64,000 nt of DNA from contig OX597836.1 in NCBI GenBank assembly GCA_951406725.2, positions 7,626,001 to 7,690,000 of the forward strand, in the 5' to 3' direction. The position numbers were made by a program, and so were the translations under genes. How positions within the stretch are numbered: the first letter of the stretch is position 1; every line of letters begins with the position of its first letter. A model generated the notes under the pieces. It did no database searches, had not been told where the DNA came from, and worked only from the letters and a program-made list of their open reading frames with translations. This DNA comes from Octopus vulgaris. Lineage: Eukaryota. Positions 54,453-64,000 of the stretch are shown piece after piece.

Positions 54453-55662
54453 TTAGATTGGCCAAAAAGTTTGTTTACTTTTTTAAGGGAAAATAAGACA
54501 CAAATTTTTAAACATGAAGCGATTCATTCAATCAAAGATATAATTGCCGTTTAATTTCAGTATTTTCTGCCATTTTGTGGGCAGATCTATTATTCCCTGC
54601 TCGAAGAGTCTCCTGTATTTACTGGCAAAGAACTCTTCCAGGTGAGTTTTTACATCCTCTTCAGAGCTGACGGTTTGCCCTTCAGTGAATTTTGAAGAAA
54701 CTGAAACAGGTGGAAATCTGAAGGCATTTGGTTGGGCAAATACAGAGGATGGAGCAAAACTTCCCAGCCAATAACTTCTGCTGTGTCTGCAAAGAAGTGT
54801 GCAATCTGGCATTGTCATGATGAAAGATGACTCCCTTATGATTAGCAAGTTCTGGATTCCTCTGGAGGGTTGCTGCATTTCATTCATCCAGCTGGTCACA
54901 GTACACATCCAAATTGATGAAGCTGTTTGTAGGAAGAAGCTCATAAAAGATAACATGTTTCCAATCCCATCAAATTGAAAGCATAACCTTCTTTAGGTGA
55001 AATCCTGCTTTGAAGGTTGTTTGTGGTGGTTTGTCACACTTCCCCCATTACCATTTGCATTTTACATTGTTATAGACAATCCAGTTTTCATCCACTATCA
55101 CTGTTCTCTTCAAAAAAGAGTAGTTTTCTTCACGTATCTGCAGCAAATTGCAAATGGACATTCGATGGATCATGTTCTCCTCATTCAATTAATGTGGAAC
55201 CCAAACATCGAGCTTGCTGACATAATCTGATGTTTTCAACACTCAATTTGGATATTTGTAGACCATCTGTGATCATACTGGTCATATAATGGAAGTTGGT
55301 CTCGACTACTTCACTTTGTCGCCATTGATCTCAGCTGACCAGCCAGAGTGAGTTATATCTTAAACAGCAGAATTTCCTAATTGCAATCTTGAAATCCACT
55401 TCAGAAACCCATGTTCCACATCAGCATCCTCTCCATACACAGCACATATCTTGCTACAATTTTTACTCTACTTTCTTGCCTTTTTTAAAATAAAAATAGC
55501 ATGATGTGTCAATAATGTTTGTTTTGATTCTCCATTTTCCGGGTAATTAAAAACGCAACTGGTCTTGTCGCAAATTTTAGTTGAACTATGTTAGTGTGTC
55601 AGATATCTAACAATTACGCATGCACAAAGGAAAAAAGCAAACAAACTTTTTGGCCAACCCAA
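54453..55662 (-). mobile_element. Near full-length decayed mariner (D,D34D), about 1.2 kb
   Basis: TIRs TTAGATTGGCCAAAAAGTTTGTTT and AAACAAACTTTTTGGCCAACCCAA. Minus-strand relics: VIVDENWIVY, KVMLSI*WD, IFHHDNARLH, PSDFHLF and C-terminus EQGIIDLPTKWQKILKLNGNYIFD*. Frameshifted. Confidence 0.92.
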
Positions 55663-55859
55663 TCTATATATCTGCTGTTGTCAAAAGTATTTTGTGTTTA
55701 AGAAAGAAGGTGGCTAATATGGCTACTGCACAAGGTGACTGAAACCCAGGTTATGCCACCACTTGTGATTCTACTTTTACCATTTTAAATTACAAATAAA
55801 TTGAGAATATAATTTCTGAAACTCTATTGCATATGTGAGATGCTACGACATACAAATAG

Positions 55860-58420
55860 GGAGACACTGTATTTCAAGAGAATGTGCCAGAGAAAACCGA
55901 GATGTCGTTAGGGGGAAGTTTACCCAGAATGATAGAAGCTGACTTGCCTTTATTGCTGAGAGAAAGAAAGTGGCGTGGAAGTGCCATTACGAGAGACTGT
56001 TGAACAAAAGGAGCACATGGGAAAAAGAGGGCTTAACTGCATGCTGACTCAACAGAGGGACCAGCAATTCAAATTGTCAACAGTATGGTAGATAGAGCAG
56101 TTAATAATATGAAGGGAGAAAAGCTGCTAGTTCATCAGAGGTACTTGCCAAGGTGCTTATTATATCTAGTAAAGCAAGATACGTGCTAGATATCCAAATG
56201 GTTAATCCTCATTATCAATAAATGGAGATCCAAATGGTTCTCCATCAGTTGACAATCAGTGTGTGATAAGGATGTGATTTTAAAAACACAGGTACAATCC
56301 ATTCAACAGGCCTCTTTGCAGTTTCTGTATTCCGGTTTCACTCTCAAGTATGGGTAAACCCTAGGTTATAGAAAATGAGATCAGCAAAGTGAACTTCTTA
56401 ACCATTCAGCCATACCATGCCTACACTCACCCAAGTAATACAGGAAGGCATCATATGCAATGACTGGTGCAGCAGTAGCTTTGTAAACTGTTACAAGGAC
56501 AAAGGAGGTGTTTTAGAGAGAAGTTATTACTGTGGCATCAGATAGTTGGACCAAGTTATGGCAGTCAAAGAAAGAACCATAGCACAATTGAGAAGGAACA
56601 GAATTAGCCTTGATGAGATGTTCAACTTAATGTTTGGAAGAGGTACCACAAAGGCAGCCTTCTTAGCAGCTGCAGGAAAAGTACTTAGTAAAGAGTAAGC
56701 CACTATATCTAGCATTAGTCAACTTGGAAAAGGCCCAGGGAGGAAAGAGTGATTGGTAGCTGTACAGAAGGGATGTAGTTAGAATATAGTGAATACAGAG
56801 AGTTTGATGTAGCCTTTTATATATAGGCCTAGTGATAAGGGAAAGAAGAGAGTGGTGAATATGGTCTATAATCTTGTGGTGTCTGAGGAAAACTGGTGTA
56901 GGGAAATGGCTTGTGAGAGATGTACAAGCTATGTACAGAGGTACAGTCATATTCAGCAGCAGCAGCATTTAATGTCCGTTTTCCATGCTGGCATGGGTTG
57001 GACAGTTTGACTGAAAACTGTTAAGATGGAGAGCTGCACCAGATTTCTGTCTGATTTGGCATGATTTCTAAAGCTGGATGCCCTTCCTAACACCAACCAC
57101 TCCAAAAGTGTAGTAACTGCTTTTTACATGCCACCGGCATGGGTGCCAGTTACGAAACACCAGCATCAGCCACTGTGATGATTTCGCTTGGCTTCACAGG
57201 TCTTCTCAATCATGTTATATTGTCAAAGGTCTTGGTCAGTTGTTACTGCCTCCGTGAAACCTAAAGTTCGAAGGGCGCTTCTTGCATGCCACCAGCATGG
57301 GTACCAGGTACATGACACTACGATTTCACTTAGCTTGATGGGTCTTCTCAAGCACAGCATATTGCCCAACATTCGAAGGGTGCTTTTCACATGCCACCAG
57401 CACGAGTGCCAGCATTATGGTAGGGGATCATCAAGGTTTGGTTTTCAGCTCCCTCCTATTTATCATAGCCTATTGGCCTTCTCAAAGGAGTTGAAGTTCA
57501 ACGTCTTTATGCTGATAATCAAGTTGTAGCTGAATCAATAATAGAAATAGAGGATAAATTCCAGGCATGAAAGCAAAACTTAGAATTCAGAGTCCTCAAA
57601 GTAAACTTCTTAAATCAAAGCTTTAGCAAGTCGGAAAGAAGATAGGACTTTGGTATCATAAAGTAAGTAGCTTTGATGAATATACTGAAAAGTGGTAGGT
57701 AGAAACACCATATGAGTTAACCAATGTAAGCTATGGACACGCAAGAAGTATAGAATCAGAGGCAGGCTTTGTATGTAGCATATGTACAGGGGCAGTAATT
57801 ACTAAGAGCACATATGAAATAGATACTCTTAAATACCTAGAAGGATCCCTAGAAGTAGATGATAGCTTCTGTTACTTTGATAGCTTATTTAGCAGCAGAG
57901 GTGGTTGTTCTGAATGTGTTGTTACCAGGATATGAGCAGGTTGGTAAAAGTTCAAGAGAGCTGTTATCTCTGCTGGTAACAAAGGTCTTTTCTTTCAGAG
58001 TGAAGAGCAGATTGTATATTGTTTGTGTTCAAACTGCAATGCTGCATGGTGGTGAGAAAAGGACCTTGAATGTAGACAGCTTGCCAAGGCTACAAAAAAA
58101 AAAGAAAGATGAAGCAGGCCTGCTCTACTGAATGTGTAATATTTGTGTAGATGACCGTCAAAGTACAAATAAGCTGAGAGAAAAACTGGTTGTAAGAGGA
58201 AACAGATCTAATATGCAAGGGAGAAGGCTGCATTGGCATGAACATGTGATGCATAAAGAAGTACCAAAGCTCTCCAAGTTAGTGGAACCCTGGGAAGAGG
58301 CAAACTGAAGAAGAATTGGGATGACATAATAAAAGCTGACCTGAAGATGCTGCATTTCACAGAGATGACAAAGGACTGTCTTGATTGGTGATACACAGTA
58401 CTAGAGAAGAGCTGACCACC
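55860..58420 (+). mobile_element. Fragmented RTE LINE, interrupted by short repeats at about 56960-57415
   Basis: NY.GI..LDQVM and EM....FGRGTTKA relics near 56520-56660; RELLSLLVTKVFSFRVKSRLYIVCVQTAMLHGGEK (ORF 57859..58131); RRLHWHEHV-like near 58220. Confidence 0.75.
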
Positions 58421-59890
58421 CACAAAGAATTACAGTGAAAATGATGGCAGTAATGGAAGCTGGGATCTATATGTTTGTTTGTATGTATATACACACTTAT
58501 ATACATATTTGTACCCTGCAAAGTCCATACCTATTGCCACCTCTGCATCCTTAACTCCTCTGTCACTTATCTCCCTCTTTCACCCATCTCTCCATCACAT
58601 CACTCACATCCACACCACCTGTATCGCTTACATAATGGTGGTTGGCATGGAGGCCAGCATGCATTCAGTCCCTCACATTTACCATCATCATCAGTCTACC
58701 TCTCTCACTGTCCATGAGATCTATGTAATAAGTGACTGCATCAGATCATACTCATCACTGGGCCTACATAAAAAAAGGGCTACAGTGAAGAACTATCTCT
58801 ACTCATTGTGCTCTAACTACATCTTTTCTGTATTGCTAGCAATCACGATACTTTCTTCCCCAAGCCACTTCAGCTGTACCCACAACAGTCGTACTGTTGC
58901 TCCTTTCACCTACCCATTCTGTTCTTTTGTCATTGCTCTTTCTCTTGTTCCCCTCCTTGGTCACATCACTGTGAGTAAACATACATATCTTAGGATTCTG
59001 ACTGCTCTTTACATTTACAGTGCACAAGAAGTCCTTTTAGTTCCATTTCTCCAAAGTCTTGACTACCTCTCTAGTGCTGGTGCCAGTACACACTCTAAAG
59101 AAGTTGGTAGACAAGTGGAGAGATCCCTTTTGTGCTGTGTTTCCGAGGACACAACAACCTCGCTAATATTTTGCTATGAGAGAATGCACCCACTGCAGTC
59201 TGTATAATGTTTGTTGATAGGAAGGGCATCCAGCCAGTGCAACCAAACTAAAATGAAATGCACGAGCACCAGTCTTTGAGAGCAGTGACAACCCATCCAA
59301 TCCATATCAGCAGGATATTTAAAGGTATTAAAGTGGATGTAAAAATGATGATGATGATGGTAGTGGTGGTGGCCTTGACCAGTGGACCTTCCAACTTGTG
59401 CATTTGTGTGTACACACGTTTTACATCATTTGTCTGAAGGTCCTTGTAAGAGACTCAAAACATTCTTTTCAAATGTATTATGTTCTCTTCAAATTTGTTC
59501 AGGGTCCATGCTTTGCAACCACAAATGTCTATTGGCCAAATGAGTGTTTGTACTGGCCCCTTTTTTTTTTTTAACTTAGCTGGGACATTTTGGCTGCTCC
59601 AGATGTGAAGCTTTTTTCCATGGTCGTTCTTGTCATGGCTAGTCGTGTCCTAATTTCTTTCTTACATGTGGTTTCATCAGAGATTTGTGACTGGAGAAAT
59701 CTTATGATTGAGATTTCATCTTGCACACGAAGGCCTCAGGATGAAATTGGATTCTTTTGTTTGAAGAAGTCTAAAGTACCATATCCTCATGACCAGACCA
59801 TTTTTCATGGAAGATTGATAATGAAGGACACCACTATATGAAAGTGATACTTGTTTATATGATGTGATATAAACAAGGCAAGGAGACAGC

Positions 59891-59892
<2 letters not shown>

Positions 59893-59985
<93 letters not shown>
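59893..59985. repeat. Compound (CT)n(CA)n microsatellite
   Basis: Directly visible. Other long simple repeats: (TA)n at 20270-20336 and 36686-36730, (AAT)n at 2651-2676, (GATA)n near 3200-3232. Confidence 0.95.
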
Positions 59986-59988
<3 letters not shown>

Positions 59989-60682
59989 GCTTCTTGCAGT
60001 TTCTGTCTACCAAATCCACTTAAAAGGATTGGACAACTTTTCAGCAAGGTACCGTGCTGTTGGGCTGAACCCAGAACCATGTGATTGGGAAACAAGCTTC
60101 TTCACCACATTAACTACATCTGTGCCCTATGTTGATGATAATAAGGAGGAAGATAACAGAAGCAGAAAGGAAGACAACCTTTTTTTTTTCCATCCTTTTG
60201 TTTGAACTGATTCGGTGGAGACAAAGAACAGCCCTCACTCACAATCTCGTATTTATTTTCAAAAGTGAAAACCCCTAAGTGTTTTACTTTTGTGATATTC
60301 CCTTTGAGGGAGATTTGGCTTTGATTTATCTTTTAGCAATTTAAACAGCCATGCCTTGTTGTCTCAACATGGTAAAATAGATAATTTAAGACATTCTTTG
60401 TTCATTCATTATTATTGTATTAACTTTGTGTATATCATCATCATTATCATCTAACATCTGTCTTCCATGCTGGCATGGGTTGGACGGCTTGACAGGAACT
60501 GGTAAGGCCAAGGGCTACACCAGGTTCCATAGTCTGTTTTGGTTTGGTTTCTATGTCCAGATGCTCTTCCTAATGCCAACCACTCAACAGAGCTACTGGG
60601 TGCTTTTTATGTGGCACCATCACAGGTGCTTTTTAAGTGGTGCCAGTGCTTTTTACATGGCACCTTGGTTTAGAATCTCAAT

Positions 60683-61231
60683 ACATAATGATTTGGGATA
60701 GAGAAGAGAAATTGTGCACAGTTGTGGAAATTAGCTGCCCAGCGGATGTTAACATAAGGCTGAAGATCAGTAAAAAAGAGAACACCTATGCAGAACTATT
60801 GAGAAATCTGCAGTTACTCTATCCAGATTACAAGTTCAGGTTTATAGCTGTAATTATTGGGGTCCTAGGATATGTGACACACTGCCTAAATACCAATCTT
60901 AAGAAATTAGGCTTCTCAAAACCAGAACGGAGAAAGCTAATTTGAAGGCTACAGATCCAATCCATCACTGGAACTGTAAAAATCTGTAAAACTTTCCAGA
61001 ATTTAATCATTTAAATATATATGAGCATGTCTAGATATGCATCTATATGCATGAGAATACATGCATAAAACAAACCATACAAATCTGTACATATGCTTAC
61101 ATACATACAAAAATACCCTCTTGATATTGTTGAAATTCCAATGAAGGGGCCTTGGATCTAGGTTAGAAACCGGTTCTTTCTCTATTGGCAAGAAATCTTG
61201 AAATAAACTGATTAATGACATACATACATAC
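60683..61231 (+). mobile_element. 5'-truncated RLE-type non-LTR retrotransposon, R4/Dong-like, ending in (CATA)n
   Basis: IMIWDREEKLCTVVEISCPADVNIRLKISKKENTYAELL...AVIIGVLG is a PD-(D/E)xK-type endonuclease. One premature TGA at 60943, natural stop at 61012-61014, then about 200 nt of 3' UTR. Confidence 0.8.
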
Positions 61232-61619
61232 GGTTCAAATGTACAAAAGACAGAGACAGGTGAGGGAATAACAAGCAAGGTGTATAAGTTTGAGACTCTG
61301 GAAAAACGGAAGAGTCTGCACCCTTGTAATGGATGTATATGTATTCTTTTCATTTCAACGCAAAAGCTGGGGTGCTACCAAAGTATATATGTGTGTGAGT
61401 GTATCATCTTTTAACATATATATATATAAGATTTGTCTACATACATGCCTTTTAGTTATGTTAAGCATAACATAAGGGATAATGCTGTTGAGATTGGTAT
61501 GCCTACCTCTTTCCTTTCAAACCTAGTTAAATAAACAGTTTTATATCACCTAATCTTCTAAAACAAAGCAAATCAGTTATTTATTTGTTTGTTTGTAAAA
61601 GATGATCCCTATTACTTAC

Positions 61620-61715
61620 AGGGCCACACCCAAGTGACCCCAATCTCCTTCTATTGTCCTCAAAAAACCGGCTAATTTCTTTTTAACTAGGTGGTAATAA
61701 TATACCTCTTTAATA
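61620..61715 (-). CDS. Candidate internal exon (96 nt, phase 2-2) encoding a death-domain-like peptide IKEVYYYHLVKKKLAGFLRTIEGDWGHLGVA(L)
   Basis: ttatttatatgtcag| acceptor and CT|gtaagt donor; only one frame is open. The K-L-x-x-F-L...W-x-x-L-x-V-A-L pattern resembles death-domain helices 1-2. No partner exons identified. Confidence 0.45.
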
Positions 61716-62728
61716 CTGACATATAAATAAATATACATGACACACACACATGCACAAATACAAATATACATACACTCCACTACAACACCAGCACATAACC
61801 ACCACAGTACACACACACACAAACGCATACACACATATGCATACACCCCTCTCACAAAGGTCTACTTAAGCAAAGCTGATCTAGGGATAAACAGCATGCT
61901 CTACATACACAAATTATCACCATACCACACACACACACACACACACAGAGGAAGGTCTACTTGAGCAAAGTTGACTTGAGGCTAAACAACCACATAATAT
62001 ACACCACCACCACACAACACACAGTCCATCACTCTGTGAACATTATACACATGCATACATAATACCCTGTAATATGTAAACAAACAAAATAAAGGAGAGT
62101 ATTTTGGGAGATTTAAATCACAGATTATAGTAACTTGTTTTATTTTAATCTGAAATATTTAATAGTAACAGCATTTACAGTATATTTACGGGAATGTGAT
62201 AATGAAGTTAGTACATTGAATATATATAGATATATATGTAATTCAGTTGAATTAGGTACTGAAATTGAGGTCCCTTGTTACAATGAACTTATTTTCGCAC
62301 TCAAACAATATTAGGTGAGTATCAAATTCTAGATAGAATTTTTCCCACCCGATATTCCTGCAGTGTACATGCAGATGGCATGATCCAACTTAGTGAATAA
62401 GTCCACTCTTGTTTGTTCAGACATGTATTTTATATAAAGATACTTTCCAAATACTTCCAAAGTGCAGATCCCAGGGTAGGTGAGTAAAATATAAATGAGT
62501 AACAAAGATGTATAAATGTCACTTATACATCCTTGTTACTCATTTATATATAGAGAGAGAGGGAGAGGGAGAGAAGTCATAATGTATGGATTCAGTTAAT
62601 TACTTATTATAAAATGAATTATCTTTGCATATTTTAAGTTGCGAAAAAAATGTTGTGACATAAGAATTCTCAACAGTTAGATAAATTTTATCGTCCTATA
62701 TTTCTTGTGTTATTTATAATTGTATATG

Positions 62729-63919
62729 TTGGGTCATCCCATAAATAATGTGGGTTTTTTTTATACTCCTTCATTTTTTACAATGATCTTCTATCTGTCT
62801 GGTAGACTTGCAAGGTCCCTCATCCAAAATTCACTTGTCTCCTCCACTACTGTTCTGACCTCATTTACAGAATTCTTATTTTTTTTCCATCCAAATGATT
62901 TTGAAGACTATGGAATAAATGATAATGAGATGGGGCAATGTCCAGCATCGTTTCCCATTCAAACTGCTCCAGCTTTTGGAATATCATTCTCACTGTATGT
63001 GGCCAAGTATTAGTATCCTGATTGAAGAACACTTTACATCTTGAAATCAAAGATGGTCATTTGTCTTCTAGCACTGACTTAAGCCACTCAAGCTGTTCGC
63101 AGTAGATCTCCTTTGTTATTGTTTGGTTTGGGTTTAAAAGTTCAAAGTGGACTCAACCTTTTAAATCCCAGATAACAACACCTTACATGGGCGAAGACCT
63201 TCTTTAGCCTGGAATGCTGGTGCTTTTCCTTTCGTTACCCACTGTCTTCAACACTTAACATTTTTATAGAGATCCCATTTCTTGTCACCAGTCACTATTC
63301 AGTCCAAAAAGGTTCATTTGTGAGACATGACAGCAAAGAAGAGCACACATTCACTCTCTGCACGCAATTAGACTCGGAAAGTTTGTGAGGAACCTATTGA
63401 CCCAGTTTGCTGACTTTTCTGATGGTACACAAGTGTTGATGAATGGTTGACTGATCAAGTCCAAGCTTCTCTGCTAGTTCCTCAGTTAGAATGGGATTTT
63501 GTTCCACCAGGGTTTGCAGGACATCCTCATCGAGCTCTACAGATCTTCCAGGATGAAGCTCATCTTCTAGGCTGTAGTTTCCAGTTCAGAATTTCTGGAG
63601 CCACCATTGACACTGGCTTACATTTATTGTCCTTTTCTCATATCCTGCATTAATATTCCTCGCACTTTCTGTTGCACTGTTGCTTTTATTGAACTCAAAG
63701 CAAAATATACAGAATATGCTCCTTTGTCACTTCCATTATAGCTTTGTAAAAATAACTCTTAAAATCAAACTGCACTTTTCAGAACTTGCACTAAGAATAA
63801 GCACAAGGTAAAATTACTACCTACTTTTATAGCAAGTTGATGCAGGTAGTTTATCCTGTCCTCCTCCGACTTTTAGTTTGTGCTATTGAAAAAACTGCAT
63901 TACTTATGGGATGACCCAA
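62729..63919 (-). mobile_element. Near full-length decayed mariner, about 1.19 kb (different family from 54453)
   Basis: TIRs TTGGGTCATCCCATAAATAATG and CATTACTTATGGGATGACCCAA|TA. Relics: *VPHKLSE (WVPHEL motif), RIVTGDKKW, DIAPSHYHLFHSLQNHLDGKK. Confidence 0.92.
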
Positions 63920-64000
63920 TATATGTGCGTGCATGTGTATGTGCACGTATGTGTATGTGTCTGTGTGTCTTGTCATGACATCATGTAATTCCTGTAAATG

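Noticed and set aside
58479-59207. 242-aa plus-strand ORF
   Set aside because: Runs through low-complexity and decayed repeat sequence; no recognisable domain or splice structure.
61138-61176. Hammerhead-like ...ATGAAG...GAAACCGGT in the R4-like 3' UTR (also CTGATGA at about 29725 and 47415)
   Set aside because: No valid CUGANGA core with matching stem II and GAAA geometry; the 61138 sequence is better explained as one long stem-loop.
62421-62479. Plus-strand 59-nt exon-like segment with good splice sites
   Set aside because: No recognisable peptide or partner exon. Kept only as supporting context, not called as a feature.

Overview
AT-rich, repeat-dense eukaryotic DNA. The SINE, RTE-LINE, mariner and microsatellite content suggests a coleoid cephalopod, most likely Octopus; this is inferred from remembered repeat families, not a database search. 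The one securely identified gene is a complete Rac1-type Rho-family GTPase on the minus strand: 5 coding exons of 35+72+118+63+291 nt = 192 aa + stop, ATG at 51370, stop at 8340, all introns GT-AG. Its start lies in a CpG-rich promoter region (~48.9-52.9 kb) with YY1 and ETS motifs and a cluster of ACAGGTA sites. The rest is mostly decayed transposons: three mariners, a DD37D/maT-like relic, hAT, Tigger and TTAA MITEs, RTE LINE fragments, two RLE-type non-LTR 3' fragments (HERO-like and R4/Dong-like), several SINE families and a 1.36-kb TA/CA microsatellite whose long ORFs are artefacts. Most worth following up: a SINE with a swapped tail inserted into its own family with a 21-bp target-site duplication; a decayed intron-containing elongator tRNA-Met gene; two complementary broken minimal hammerhead ribozymes in Rac introns; CpG-type substitutions in the Rac C-terminus; and a lone exon resembling an IRAK/MyD88 death domain upstream of Rac.
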